From a phage: a DNA stretch of 64,000 bases. A program made the translations under genes and the position numbers. Location: the sequence record PZ179883.1; one strand, 5' to 3'. Of this stretch, positions 43,043-55,860 are shown piece by piece. The first letter of the stretch is position 1; each line of letters starts with the position of its first letter. Under the pieces are notes generated by a model, which saw only the letters and a program-made list of their open reading frames with translations, had not been told where the DNA came from and did not search any database.

Positions 43043-43095
43043 CCTCATGTTATGTCAGTAAGTCTACTATAACACAACACGAGGGACTTGTAAAC
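43043..43095 (-). promoter_or_regulatory. early promoter with dyad symmetry, repeat copy 2
   Basis: Minus strand GTTTAC-17/18 nt-TATAGT; same inverted repeat as copy 1; 3' arm contains the alc SD. Confidence 0.6.
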
Positions 43096-43097
43096 AG

Positions 43098-44685
<1,588 letters not shown>

Positions 44686-44693
44686 AATAAAAT

Positions 44694-44707
44694 GGGCCTT
44701 GCGGCCC
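44694..44707 (-). terminator. GGGCC-GCAA-GGCCC hairpin between nrdB and denA
   Basis: GNRA-loop hairpin on minus strand followed by AUUUUAUU. Confidence 0.5.
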
Positions 44708-44712
44708 ACTCC

Positions 44713-45882
44713 TTAAAAGTATTTTTTAAAACTCATCATAACTTTATCATCAACATCATTATCAATCTGTGCAACAAGATAAGATGACAGTTCTACTTCT
44801 TGTGGCGCTGATTGAACATTATCAGAATTAAGATATTCACGAATCCAAGGATATGGATGTTTAACCGGAGCATCGGTAATTGGGCATGGAAGACCGCACT
44901 GTTTCATACGAGATACAGTTAAGTAATCAATAAAGCTCCACATGCTATTTGTATTTAATCCAGGAACATCACCATCTTTAAATAAATGAACCGCCCAGTC
45001 TTTTTCTTGGCGGTTAACTTCCATGAAAATATCAACTGCTTCTTGTTCACACTCTTGAGCAATTTTAACCCATTCATCACCATCAGTGCCAAGTTGAAGT
45101 TGACGAATAATATATTGGGTGCCTTTAAGGTGAAGTTGCTCATCACGAGCAATGAACTTCATAATCTTGGCATTACCTTCCATGATTTCCATGTTCTTAT
45201 GGAAGTTAAAGGTACATGCGAAAGATACATAAAAACGAATAGCTTCCAATGCGTTGATTACGTGCAGGCAGAGGTAAAGAGATTTCATTAGTGCTCGTTT
45301 AGTACATTCAACAACTTTGCCTAACTCTTCTTTACGAAATCCTTCTGATAAAATTCCTTCATAATCTTCAACCGCATTCTGATATTCACGAGTCTTAACT
45401 AGAACGTCATCATAATAACGACCAATAGATTCAGCACGTTTCATGATAGCTTTATCTAATACAATCTCATCAAATACCTTTGATGGATCAGTATAAAGAT
45501 TTCGCATAATATGAGTATATGAACGGCTGTGAATAGTTTCACTAAAAGTCCATGTAGCAACCCATGTATCAAGACTTGGGTCTGAAATTAACGACATAAG
45601 TACAGCAGACGGTGCACGACCCTGAATGCTATCCAAAAGTGATTGATACTTCAGGTTATTAGTAAAAATATCTTGCTGATACTGAGGAAGCTTGTTAAAT
45701 TGTGCAGCATCCATCATCAAGTTTACTTCTTCAGGACGCCAGAAAAATGACAACTGCTTTTCGGTTAAATCTTCAAAAACTTTATGACGTTGAATATCGT
45801 AACGCGCAATACCAAGACCTGAACCGAAGAACATAGGTTCTTTTAAAACATCAACTGGATTTGTATTAAAAACTGTGCTCAT
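44713..45882 (-). CDS. nrdB: ribonucleotide reductase small subunit (uninterrupted, no intron)
   Basis: Continuous 389-aa ORF matching T4 NrdB. Confidence 0.96.
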   Translation of the reverse strand: MSTVFNTNPVDVLKEPMFFGSGLGIARYDIQRHKVFEDLTEKQLSFFWRPEEVNLMMDAAQFNKLPQYQQDIFTNNLKYQSLLDSIQGRAPSAVLMSLISDPSLDTWVATWTFSETIHSRSYTHIMRNLYTDPSKVFDEIVLDKAIMKRAESIGRYYDDVLVKTREYQNAVEDYEGILSEGFRKEELGKVVECTKRALMKSLYLCLHVINALEAIRFYVSFACTFNFHKNMEIMEGNAKIMKFIARDEQLHLKGTQYIIRQLQLGTDGDEWVKIAQECEQEAVDIFMEVNRQEKDWAVHLFKDGDVPGLNTNSMWSFIDYLTVSRMKQCGLPCPITDAPVKHPYPWIREYLNSDNVQSAPQEVELSSYLVAQIDNDVDDKVMMSFKKYF

Positions 45883-45933
45883 AAATTTTCCGCTTAGTTA
45901 ATAGATAGTGACTCGTCCATGAGTCAAATTATA

Positions 45934-48198
45934 TCATAATTTACAGGATGAACAATCTTCAGCTTTTGGAGTTTCTATTTCATAATCATCAGTACCAGAA
46001 CCATCACGGGTATTATGATAATAGAAATTTTTTCCGCCAAAATACCAAAAATACAAAAGGTCATCAATCATTATTGACATTGGAACCTTTCCTTTTGGAA
46101 AAATCTGCGGGTCATAATATGTATTCGCTGAAGCTGATTGACATACCCATTTCAGCATAATAGCTACTTGCGTAAGATAAGGTTTATTACCTTTCTTAGC
46201 TAATTTCCATGTATAATCATAGAGGTCTATGTTATGTTCAATATTGGGCACGACTTGATTAAAGGAACCCTCTTTTGATTCTTTAACCGAGACTGGTCCA
46301 CGTGGAGGCTCGATACCGTTTGTACTGTTAGAAACTTGGGAAGATGACTCACATGGCATAAGTGCTGATAATGTGCTATTACGGATGCCAAAGAGCTTAA
46401 GGTCTTCCCGCAGCGCCGACCAGTCACAAACGTATTTTGGAGCTGCGATTTGGTCAATCTTTTTATTGTACCAGTCGATAGGTAATTCGCCTCGAGACCA
46501 ACGAGTGTCTGAATAATATTCGCAAGGTCCTTTTTCTTTGGCGAGCTTAATGGATGCTTTAATGAGTCCATACTGTAATCTCTCAAATAGTTCATGTGTT
46601 AAATCGTTAGCATCTTCATAAGAAGCAAAGTTACTTGCCAGCCAAGCTGCATAGTTGGTAACACCTACACCAAGATTTCGACGCTTTTTAGCTTTTTCTG
46701 CTTCAGGAACTGGATATCCTTGGTAATCCAAAAGATTATCAAGAGCGCGAACTTGAACTTCTGCTAATTCATTAATTTTATCTTGGTCTTGCCAATCGAA
46801 GTTATCCAACACAAATGCAGATAACGTGCACAATCCAATTTCAGCATCAGGACTATTCACATCATTTGTTGGAATAGCAATTTCACAGCACAAGTTACTC
46901 TGACGAATAGGTGCCTTTTCACGAATAAATGGAGTATAGTTATTCGTATTATCAATGAACTGCACATAAATCCTTGCTGTTCCTGAACGTTCAGTCATGA
47001 GCAATTCAAATAGTTCACGGGCTTTAATACGCTTTTTACGAATATTAGGGTCTTTTTCTGCTGCTTCGTATAATTCACGGAAACGGTCTTGGTCTTTAAA
47101 ATAAGAATAATAAAGTTCGCCACCCATTTCATGCGGACTAAACAAAGTAATGTAATCGTTCTTTCCGAATCGTTCCATCATTAGGTCATTCAGCTGAACA
47201 CCATAATCCATATGACGGATACGGTTTTCTTCTACACCTTTGTTATTTTTCAAAACGAGAAGATTTTCAACTTCCAAATGCCAAATAGGATAATAAGCAG
47301 TAGCAGCGCCGCCACGAATTCCGCCCTGTGAACATGATTTAACAGCAGTCTGAAAATGTTTCCAAAAAGGAATAACACCAGTATGACGCACTTCACCTGT
47401 GCCAATCTTAGAACCTTCGGCACGAATCATACCAACGTTAATGCCGATTCCAGCTCGTTTAGAAATATACTCAACAATTGAAGCAGAAGCCTTATTGATA
47501 GACTTCAGCGAATCACCTGCCTCAATAACAACGCATGAACTAAATTGCCGAGTTGGAGTACGACATCCAGCCATAATAGGAGTTGGCAGTGAAATCTGTC
47601 GAGTAGATACTGCTTCATAAAAACGAATAACATGTTTTAATCTGTCAACAGGTTCATCTTGATGCAATGCCATTCCAATAGTCATAAATGCAAACTGTGG
47701 AGTTTCATAAATTTGACCAGTGGTTTTATCTTTAACGAGATATTTTTCTTTTAATTGCATCGCCCCGGAATAAGTAAATTCCATATCCCGCTCGTGCTTA
47801 ATTTTTGATTCTAAAAATGTAATTTCTTCTGCAGAATATTTTGACAACAATTCAGGGTCGTATTTACCTTCATTTACACAGTAAGAAATATGGTCAATAA
47901 ATGAACGGGGCTCATACTGTCCGTACACATGTTTACGAAGAGCAAACATTAAACAACGTGCAGCTACATATTGGTAATCAGGCTCTTCAACTGAAATAGA
48001 ATTCGCAGCAGCCTTAATTACAATGGTTTGAATGTCATCAGTGGTCATTCCATCACGGAGATATGATTTAATATTTTCATATAATTCATAAGGATCTACA
48101 GATGTTCCTTCAGCTGCCCAAGATAAAACTTTAATAATTTTTTGTGGATCAAAGCTCTGAGAAACACCACTACTTTTGATAACATTAATTAATTGCAT
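45934..48198 (-). CDS. nrdA: ribonucleotide reductase large subunit
   Basis: 754 aa, matches T4 NrdA. Confidence 0.97.
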   Translation of the reverse strand: MQLINVIKSSGVSQSFDPQKIIKVLSWAAEGTSVDPYELYENIKSYLRDGMTTDDIQTIVIKAAANSISVEEPDYQYVAARCLMFALRKHVYGQYEPRSFIDHISYCVNEGKYDPELLSKYSAEEITFLESKIKHERDMEFTYSGAMQLKEKYLVKDKTTGQIYETPQFAFMTIGMALHQDEPVDRLKHVIRFYEAVSTRQISLPTPIMAGCRTPTRQFSSCVVIEAGDSLKSINKASASIVEYISKRAGIGINVGMIRAEGSKIGTGEVRHTGVIPFWKHFQTAVKSCSQGGIRGGAATAYYPIWHLEVENLLVLKNNKGVEENRIRHMDYGVQLNDLMMERFGKNDYITLFSPHEMGGELYYSYFKDQDRFRELYEAAEKDPNIRKKRIKARELFELLMTERSGTARIYVQFIDNTNNYTPFIREKAPIRQSNLCCEIAIPTNDVNSPDAEIGLCTLSAFVLDNFDWQDQDKINELAEVQVRALDNLLDYQGYPVPEAEKAKKRRNLGVGVTNYAAWLASNFASYEDANDLTHELFERLQYGLIKASIKLAKEKGPCEYYSDTRWSRGELPIDWYNKKIDQIAAPKYVCDWSALREDLKLFGIRNSTLSALMPCESSSQVSNSTNGIEPPRGPVSVKESKEGSFNQVVPNIEHNIDLYDYTWKLAKKGNKPYLTQVAIMLKWVCQSASANTYYDPQIFPKGKVPMSIMIDDLLYFWYFGGKNFYYHNTRDGSGTDDYEIETPKAEDCSSCKL

Positions 48199-48515
48199 AA
48201 GTCCTCAACTTGAAAATCGTCTTTAAACAATCGGTTAACTATATGAGCTATTATATCACCATGACACGGCTTTGGTTTACATGTGCATCCTAGCCTCATT
48301 CCACGTAAAGGCTCTAAATGTGCTTTAGTTATTTCTCCGGATTTAATTCGACGTATAAAATCTTTTTTGAATAATTCAATGGCAGCCTCCCGGCTGCCAG
48401 CATCTTTACCGACGTAATTTCCCCAAAATGTACCACGGTGAATATTAACATCAAAGTCGGATTTATATTTATTCACTACTTGGCATAGACGGCCCGCGCG
48501 GTGATAATTCGTCAT
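48189..48515 (-). CDS. hypothetical protein (nrdA.1 position)
   Basis: 108-aa ORF with several Cys/His. Confidence 0.7.
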   Translation of the reverse strand: MTNYHRAGRLCQVVNKYKSDFDVNIHRGTFWGNYVGKDAGSREAAIELFKKDFIRRIKSGEITKAHLEPLRGMRLGCTCKPKPCHGDIIAHIVNRLFKDDFQVEDLCN

Positions 48516-48732
48516 ATTGTTTTTCCGTTAAAACAGTAATATCATAGTAACAATCTGAAGAAGTTTTAACTGTAGAAATTTTATTATCAAAATACTCACG
48601 AGTCATTTTATGAGTATAATATTTTTTGCCATAAATGATAATAGGCTGATTTGGTCCTGGAACTTCTAACTCACTTGGGTTAGGAAGTGTAAAAAGAACT
48701 GCACCAGAAGTATCTTTAAATCGTAAAATCAT
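48469..48732 (-). CDS. hypothetical protein (nrdA.2 position)
   Basis: 87-aa ORF. Confidence 0.65.
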   Translation of the reverse strand: MILRFKDTSGAVLFTLPNPSELEVPGPNQPIIIYGKKYYTHKMTREYFDNKISTVKTSSDCYYDITVLTEKQYDELSPRGPSMPSSE

Positions 48733-48755
48733 ATATCCTCACAGTTAATAATTAA

Positions 48756-49067
48756 TTACACCGCCATTTTTCCTTTAATAGGAGGGTGTGATTCGTAACC
48801 TTTAAGAACGAAATCTTTAGGCCTGAGTTTAAGAACATATTCCAATTGTTCTTTAGTAGAAAGATAGCGGAATTTATAAGGCAATCCGCCTATTACCAGT
48901 TCACAAAGCTCTTTAGGTTCACGACGCAAAATTTCTTTACATTGTTCTACGTGATTCATATAGATATGAGTATTACCGCCAGAAAATATCAAATCTCCTG
49001 GAATAAGATTACACATCTTAGCTACAATATGAACTAATGCAGCATATGATGCAATATTAAATGGAAG
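48756..49067 (-). CDS. td: thymidylate synthase, exon 2
   Basis: Encodes LPFNIASYAALVH... to C-terminus (103 aa); joins exon 1 to give 286 aa. Confidence 0.93.
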   Translation of the reverse strand, partial: LPFNIASYAALVHIVAKMCNLIPGDLIFSGGNTHIYMNHVEQCKEILRREPKELCELVIGGLPYKFRYLSTKEQLEYVLKLRPKDFVLKGYESHPPIKGKMAV

Positions 49068-50083
49068 CATTATGTTCAGATAAGGTCGTTAATCTTACCC
49101 CGGAATTATATCCAGCTGCATGTCACCATACAGATCAGACTATATCTCCATCTTGATGAAGCAAGATGTCTATCGTTTCGAGTCACTTGACCCTACTCCC
49201 CAAAGGGATAGTCGTTAGGCATTTATGTAGAACCAATTCCATTTATCAGATTTTACACGATAAGTAACTAATCCAGACGAAATTTTAAAATGTCTAGCTG
49301 CATCTGCTGCACAATCAAAAATAACCCCATCACATGAAATCTTTTTAATATTACTAGGCTTTTTACCTTTCATCTTTTCTGATATTTTAGATTTAGTTAT
49401 GTCTGAATGCTTATGATTAAAGAATGAATTATTTTCACCTGAACGATTTCTGCATTTACTACAAGTATAAGCAGAAGTTTGTATGCGAACACCGCACTTA
49501 CAAAACTTATGGGTTTCTGGATTCCAACGCCCGTTTTTACTTCCGGGTTTACTGTAAAGAGCTTTCCGACCATCAGGTCCAAGTTTAAGCATCTTAGCTT
49601 TAACAGTTTCAGAACGTTTCTTAATAATTTCTTCTTTTAATGGATGCGTAGAACATGTATCACCAAACGTTGCATCAGCAATATTGTATCCATTAATTTT
49701 AGAATTAAGCTCTTTAATCCAAAAATTTTCTCGTTCAATAATCAAATCTTTCTCATATGGAATTTCTTCCAAAATAGAACATTCAAACACATTACCATGT
49801 TTGTTAAAAGACCTCTGAAGCTTTATAGAAGAATGGCATCCTTTTTCTAAATCTTTAAAATGCCTCTTCCATCTCTTTTCAAAATCTTTAGCACTTCCTA
49901 CATATACTTTATTGTTTAAAGTATTTTTAATCTGATAAATTCCGCTTTTCATAAATACCTCTTTAAATATAGAAGTATTTATTAAAGGGCAGTCCTACAA
50001 TTTAGCACGGGATTGTCTACTAGAGAGGTCCCCCGTTTAGATAGATTACAAGTATAAGTCACCTTATACTCAGGCCTCAATTA
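49068..50083 (-). mobile_element. group I self-splicing intron of td (1016 nt)
   Basis: 5' end UAAUUGAGGCCUGAGUAUAAGGUGACUUAUACUUG... and 3' end ...CUGAACAUAAUG match the recalled T4 td intron; exon 1 ends in U, intron ends in G. Confidence 0.92.
49215..49952 (-). CDS. I-TevI GIY-YIG homing endonuclease (intron-encoded)
   Basis: 245 aa; GIYQIKN...VYVGSA motif; matches I-TevI. Confidence 0.95.
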   Translation of the reverse strand: MKSGIYQIKNTLNNKVYVGSAKDFEKRWKRHFKDLEKGCHSSIKLQRSFNKHGNVFECSILEEIPYEKDLIIERENFWIKELNSKINGYNIADATFGDTCSTHPLKEEIIKKRSETVKAKMLKLGPDGRKALYSKPGSKNGRWNPETHKFCKCGVRIQTSAYTCSKCRNRSGENNSFFNHKHSDITKSKISEKMKGKKPSNIKKISCDGVIFDCAADAARHFKISSGLVTYRVKSDKWNWFYINA

Positions 50084-51219
<1,136 letters not shown>

Positions 51220-51519
51220 TCAAACAGACTTTTTCACAATTTTCCAATCAGCTTTAAACTGTTCAACGTCAGAATGATAAATCCAGAATCCTGCGCTTTC
51301 TCCATCCTCATAAAGAGGGCATCCATCGCATTCATCTTCCCATCCCATATCACGTAAAAGATGTTCGGCTTTTTCAACGAGATCAGAATCTTTACCGATG
51401 ATATTAAAATACCATTTACCTTTAACTTCTGAATCTTTGATGCTCTGACGTTGTAATCTCATTTTATTCTCCTTAGTTGATAAGGCTATAGTATCACTAC
51501 CATAGCCCGTTGTAAACAA
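51220..51519 (-). CDS. hypothetical protein (frd.x)
   Basis: 99-aa ORF. Confidence 0.65.
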   Translation of the reverse strand: MFTTGYGSDTIALSTKENKMRLQRQSIKDSEVKGKWYFNIIGKDSDLVEKAEHLLRDMGWEDECDGCPLYEDGESAGFWIYHSDVEQFKADWKIVKKSV

Positions 51520-51822
51520 TTATTTTTGAATTTTATCGAGCCACTTACCAAGCTTAATCATTTCTTTAGTAGCCTTTTCCATACTTCTGAACTTAACCAA
51601 TAGAGGATAGGTATCGACACCCATAACTAAACTGGTTACAAGACTGTGTTCACCCACAAGCCATAACGAATACGTTTGAATATCGAGTCCGTAATTTCTG
51701 TCTTTATGGACCCGTACACCCATCACTTCAAATTTCTCACTAGCTTTTTCTACCGCATCCAGGAAATCATCTTTAGTCATATTAGGCCTTAAAAGTTTTT
51801 CGCAAAAGTTCAATGATTTCAT
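51520..51822 (-). CDS. hypothetical protein (frd.x)
   Basis: 100-aa ORF. Confidence 0.65.
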   Translation of the reverse strand: MKSLNFCEKLLRPNMTKDDFLDAVEKASEKFEVMGVRVHKDRNYGLDIQTYSLWLVGEHSLVTSLVMGVDTYPLLVKFRSMEKATKEMIKLGKWLDKIQK

Positions 51823-52183
51823 CTACATTGTTTTCGTCTACAATGCAGTGAATTTTTGTTACGCCAGAAACCTTGTCTTCGACTTCATCTTCTTCAGAAG
51901 TCGGTTCTTTATACTCGCGGAAACAATAAAACTCTTCTTCACTAAGTTCAAAATAATCATCACCTATGCCATCATCATTATAGATTTCGCCATTAGCGCA
52001 AATGATTTCGGTTACATAATCAAAGCCATCTAAACTTGATATTGATTTAACTTCAAACCAACCGCCATTTTCTTGAATGATGCTGACCATATTAGCATTT
52101 GATGAACTAATATCAATGAAAGATTTAATACGGTGTGGATTTAACTCATATTTTTGCCGATTTCCATTTTTGATTTTCCTCAT
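51782..52183 (-). CDS. hypothetical protein (frd.x)
   Basis: 133-aa ORF. Confidence 0.65.
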   Translation of the reverse strand: MRKIKNGNRQKYELNPHRIKSFIDISSSNANMVSIIQENGGWFEVKSISSLDGFDYVTEIICANGEIYNDDGIGDDYFELSEEEFYCFREYKEPTSEEDEVEDKVSGVTKIHCIVDENNVDEIIELLRKTFKA

Positions 52184-52213
52184 TTTGATAGGGGCTTGAC
52201 AGCCCCTTGATAA

Positions 52214-52462
52214 TTATTGTTCGATCAGTCCCATGTAAAATTCTGCGTCTTCAGCATCCATACCATCACAATATTCATTAGCCATAAAGCGGGTGAGGTC
52301 TTCAAGAGGACCTTCAATAACGATTTGAATGCTCCAAAACTTAGAATCTTGTACGCTTGTGATACTAAGTTCAGGATAACGATTACGAATAATTTCTTCA
52401 ATATATTCAAAATCAACGATGTCAATATCAACTTTAGCCATATTATTTTCCTCTTTAATCAT
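52214..52462 (-). CDS. hypothetical acidic protein upstream of frd cluster
   Basis: 82-aa ORF. Confidence 0.55.
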   Translation of the reverse strand: MIKEENNMAKVDIDIVDFEYIEEIIRNRYPELSITSVQDSKFWSIQIVIEGPLEDLTRFMANEYCDGMDAEDAEFYMGLIEQ

Positions 52463-52532
52463 CAGCAGTATTGCCGATAGTTGTATAGTACCATAGAAGA
52501 ACAGAGATGTAAACAGTTTTGTGAAAAATTTT

Positions 52533-52563
52533 TGAAATAAAAAAGGGGACCTCTAGGGTCCCC
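52533..52563 (-). terminator. rho-independent terminator downstream of gene 32
   Basis: GGGGACC-CUAGAG-GUCCCC hairpin on minus strand followed by UUUUUAUUU. Confidence 0.85.
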
Positions 52564-52585
52564 AATTAATTAGTAATATAATCTA

Positions 52586-53494
52586 TTAAAGGTCATTCAA
52601 AAGGTCATCCAGGTCCGTGTCATCAGCACTAGATGAACTGCCAGAGCTTGAGCTCATAAAATCATCTTCAGTTTTTGTTTTGAAGTCATCAACATTGAAT
52701 GCATCCAAATCATCAGCAACTTTATCGGCTTTCTTAGCGGCAGTTGCTGCGGCACCGCCCATAGCAGCAGTTCCCATAACTTGACTGAACTTAGTGCTCA
52801 GTTCTTCAAACGATTTGAATTTATCTTTAGAAGTCATTTCAGAAAGGTCAACCATTTGTTCGAACAGTTCTTTCTGGAAAGATTCATCATCAATGTTTGG
52901 AATCGCAGATTGATTCAGGAATTTAGATTCGTCGTAGTTACTAAAACCAGAAACTTGTTTAACTTTCAGTACAAAGTTAGCACCTTCCCACGGACAAGTT
53001 ACATCAACCGGAGTTTCACCCATTTCAACATCAACTGCAATCATTGCATTGATTTTATCCCAAATTTTCTTACCGAAACGGTATTTAAATACTTTACCTT
53101 CATTTTCTGGAGCAGCTGGGTCTTTTACTACAAGAATGTTAGCCCAGTAAGAAGTTTTACGTTTAACAAGACCATACTCTTTATTGTCAGTGTTATACAA
53201 ATCATTTTTACTGATGTACTGACATACTGGACAAGAATCGTAATCACCGTAGGTAGATGAGCATGTTTCGATATACCATTTACCATTTTTCTTGAAACCG
53301 TGATTTACAAGAAGTGCGAATGGTGCTTGTTCATCATTTTTAGACGGAAGAAAACGAATTACTGCTTGGCCGTTACCCGCATTGTCGAGTTTCAGTTTCC
53401 ACTCGCCTTTATCTTCAGAAGAAAAACCACCTTTATTTCCAGCCAGTTTAGCCATTTGTGCAGCGAGTTCAGCAGTAGATTTACGTTTAAACAT
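52586..53494 (-). CDS. 32: single-stranded DNA-binding protein
   Basis: 302 aa; Zn-binding H/C residues; acidic Ser-rich C-terminus; matches T4 gp32. Confidence 0.97.
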   Translation of the reverse strand: MFKRKSTAELAAQMAKLAGNKGGFSSEDKGEWKLKLDNAGNGQAVIRFLPSKNDEQAPFALLVNHGFKKNGKWYIETCSSTYGDYDSCPVCQYISKNDLYNTDNKEYGLVKRKTSYWANILVVKDPAAPENEGKVFKYRFGKKIWDKINAMIAVDVEMGETPVDVTCPWEGANFVLKVKQVSGFSNYDESKFLNQSAIPNIDDESFQKELFEQMVDLSEMTSKDKFKSFEELSTKFSQVMGTAAMGGAAATAAKKADKVADDLDAFNVDDFKTKTEDDFMSSSSGSSSSADDTDLDDLLNDL

Positions 53495-53560
53495 TTTTAT
53501 TTTCCTTTTTAATTTAATTAACAGTTGGTGCTATGACGATGTATGACCTCATAGCTGGTC
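53495..53560 (-). promoter_or_regulatory. gene 32 mRNA leader / autogenous translational operator
   Basis: AU-rich leader UUAAUUAAAUUAAAAAGGAAAAUAAAAAUG with repeated UUAAA elements, as known for the T4 gene 32 operator. Confidence 0.6.
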
Positions 53561-53578
53561 AGTGAGATAATTATAATC

Positions 53579-53586
53579 TATTTATA
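53579..53586 (-). promoter_or_regulatory. late promoter TATAAATA (minus strand) upstream of gene 32
   Basis: Exact TATAAATA on minus strand. Confidence 0.6.
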
Positions 53587-53594
53587 ATAAGCAA

Positions 53595-54248
53595 TTAATA
53601 CTTACAAGATTTCACAGTTTCAATGAAAACACTTTTGGCTTTCTGTGAATCAATATTTAAAATTTTTCTATAAGCCTTTAACTTTATAGAATAATTATTC
53701 CAGACTAAATTATCAGTCTGTTCATCATGTTTATCAATTATATTTAAAAACGAATCAAGCAAGATAAACGTCTCAAACGAAATTATATTCGATTGAAGTA
53801 GTTTAAAAATATAACTTGATTGAACTTTTGGATTATATTCAAAAATTTCTTTAAAAGCAGAAACTTCAACTTTTTTACTAAAATAATAAATGTTGCGAAT
53901 ATCTTCTTCAAACTTAAATTTAATTTGCTTTAAGCGTCCGATATATTCACGATAAAACACAAGTGCATCAGCGTCAGAGATGTCACCAATCCAAGCATCC
54001 TGGTTAGCAACAAGATTGCTTATAAAGATTAAAGCAAGTTCCTTTAATTTATATTTTTCTGATAACTTCTGGAAAAAATACTTATCCCTTCGCTTTTGAT
54101 AAGCGGCATCAGACACCCGCATGCACCAATTATACTTAATTACATCATACTTTCCATTCATATGTTGTTTTATCATTAAGTATAATTTATAAACTGATTT
54201 ACCATCAATGTATCTTTCACCACCAGCAGGCATGCGGAGTTTAATCAT
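53595..54248 (-). CDS. 59: helicase loader
   Basis: 217 aa, matches T4 gp59. Confidence 0.96.
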   Translation of the reverse strand: MIKLRMPAGGERYIDGKSVYKLYLMIKQHMNGKYDVIKYNWCMRVSDAAYQKRRDKYFFQKLSEKYKLKELALIFISNLVANQDAWIGDISDADALVFYREYIGRLKQIKFKFEEDIRNIYYFSKKVEVSAFKEIFEYNPKVQSSYIFKLLQSNIISFETFILLDSFLNIIDKHDEQTDNLVWNNYSIKLKAYRKILNIDSQKAKSVFIETVKSCKY

Positions 54249-54592
54249 AGTAGAAAATCTAATGTATTAGTTTTTTCACAACGAACAACAGAAGGACGTA
54301 AAAGATTTTCGTCAATGGCTTCTGACTGAATTTTTTCAATTATACCCGAAGGAATAAATTTAGCAAATTGAGTTTCAGGAATAGAGTTTTCTTCTAAGAA
54401 TGCTGTTGTAGCTTCAAGATAACTCATTCCAAACTCTTCTACCATTTTTTCAATAATAAATCCATTTTCTTGACGATCAAGAAGCTTTGCTATTTCATCC
54501 TTTTCTTTCTTGATTGAAAGTTCTTTTTCTGAAAGACCGGTCTCATCGACCGGACGAATATCATTTAGAGAAAACTGTGTCATAAAGTTCAA
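54245..54592 (-). CDS. 33: late transcription co-activator
   Basis: 115 aa, matches T4 gp33. Confidence 0.93.
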   Translation of the reverse strand: MNFMTQFSLNDIRPVDETGLSEKELSIKKEKDEIAKLLDRQENGFIIEKMVEEFGMSYLEATTAFLEENSIPETQFAKFIPSGIIEKIQSEAIDENLLRPSVVRCEKTNTLDFLL

Positions 54593-54830
54593 CTACCTCT
54601 TCAGTTTCAGCTTCAAACACATCACGGTTATCTTTATGATACAAAGCTAAAAGACGATTAAACATCTTACCATCAACGCCAAGTTCATCTTTGGCGCGAA
54701 TTCGAATATCTTTAATCAATTCATTATAACCAGAAATTTTCAGTTTATGGTCAGATGCTTCTTTGATAAATTTAGCTAAGTCTTCGCCGTGGATAGCTTC
54801 ATCAAATTCAACCATTTCTTTTTTAGCCAT
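54561..54830 (-). CDS. dsbA: double-stranded DNA-binding protein
   Basis: 89 aa, matches T4 DsbA. Confidence 0.9.
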   Translation of the reverse strand: MAKKEMVEFDEAIHGEDLAKFIKEASDHKLKISGYNELIKDIRIRAKDELGVDGKMFNRLLALYHKDNRDVFEAETEEVVELYDTVFSK

Positions 54831-54838
54831 TATTCACC

Positions 54839-55756
54839 TCAAAATTCATTAATGCTATTAGTTAATTTAGAAAGACCCGCTTTTACAAAATATGAATAAA
54901 TTTTGCCACGCGGTGGTAATTTATATGAATTATAGTAATTCACAATGTTTGAAGCAATATTATCAGGAATATAATCAAAATCAATTAGAACTAAATTTTC
55001 TTTATATCGATTATATTCAGATTCAGTGAGAAGCACCTTAGCTTGCTCACGGTCATTAGCAATAGCTTCAACAACAGATGTTTTCATTGAAGGAGTTCGT
55101 TCACCTTCAACTCTGGTAAACCAAAAGTCAGATCGTACTTTAACTGAAGCAACGTTATCCTTTTTATCACCTTTAAGGATTTTAGTCATACAGTCAATTT
55201 CAGCAGAACCGCTTTTAATTTTAACCCATTTCTTATGCATCGGTGACCATTGCTTAACATTTGGATATTTGTGAAGCTGTGTAAAGTCACCATCCGATGA
55301 AATGATTAAAATCTTATGTCCTTCTAAAGAGAACTTTTTAACAAGAACAGCAATGTGGTCATCTGCTTCATACTTATCAATATCCATAACAATGTATGGC
55401 ATATAAGCTTTCAATTCATCTATAACTTTATGGCTGGATTCAAAATAACCTTCCCAGTCCCAAGTAGATTCTTCTCGTGCTTTTCCGCGGTTTTTCTTAT
55501 AATAATAAGCAAAATCACGACGCCAGTATCCGGATTTTGCGTTATCGATACACAGTACAATTTTAGTGTATCCAAGAGTTTTTGCTTTTTTGACATTAAA
55601 CTTAATTGAGTTCAATATCAAATGACGAACCATTGATAAGTTAATTTTTTCTTTATCTGGAAAGTTTACTAGAGCAGTTGAAAGCGCAATTTGACTAAAG
55701 TCAATCAAGCAAATTCCTTCTTTGTAATCTTCATCCAGCATCATTTCTAAATCCAT
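54839..55756 (-). CDS. rnh: RNase H (5'-3' exonuclease / flap endonuclease)
   Basis: 305 aa from MDLEMMLDE; matches T4 RNase H. Confidence 0.95.
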   Translation of the reverse strand: MDLEMMLDEDYKEGICLIDFSQIALSTALVNFPDKEKINLSMVRHLILNSIKFNVKKAKTLGYTKIVLCIDNAKSGYWRRDFAYYYKKNRGKAREESTWDWEGYFESSHKVIDELKAYMPYIVMDIDKYEADDHIAVLVKKFSLEGHKILIISSDGDFTQLHKYPNVKQWSPMHKKWVKIKSGSAEIDCMTKILKGDKKDNVASVKVRSDFWFTRVEGERTPSMKTSVVEAIANDREQAKVLLTESEYNRYKENLVLIDFDYIPDNIASNIVNYYNSYKLPPRGKIYSYFVKAGLSKLTNSINEF

Positions 55757-55784
55757 ATGAACCTCGTTCAATTAGTGAGATTTC

Positions 55785-55819
55785 TATTATATACTATCTA
55801 AATCTTAAAGTAAACAGGT
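55785..55819 (-). promoter_or_regulatory. early promoter upstream of rnh
   Basis: Minus strand GTTTAC-16/18 nt-TATATAAT. Confidence 0.5.
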
Positions 55820-55822
55820 ATA

Positions 55823-55830
55823 AATACTTA
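55823..55830 (+). promoter_or_regulatory. late promoter TATAAATA upstream of gene 34
   Basis: Exact TATAAATA 30 nt upstream of ATG. Confidence 0.7.
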
Positions 55831-55860
55831 TTATTGAAAACACAATAGGAGCCCGGGAGA

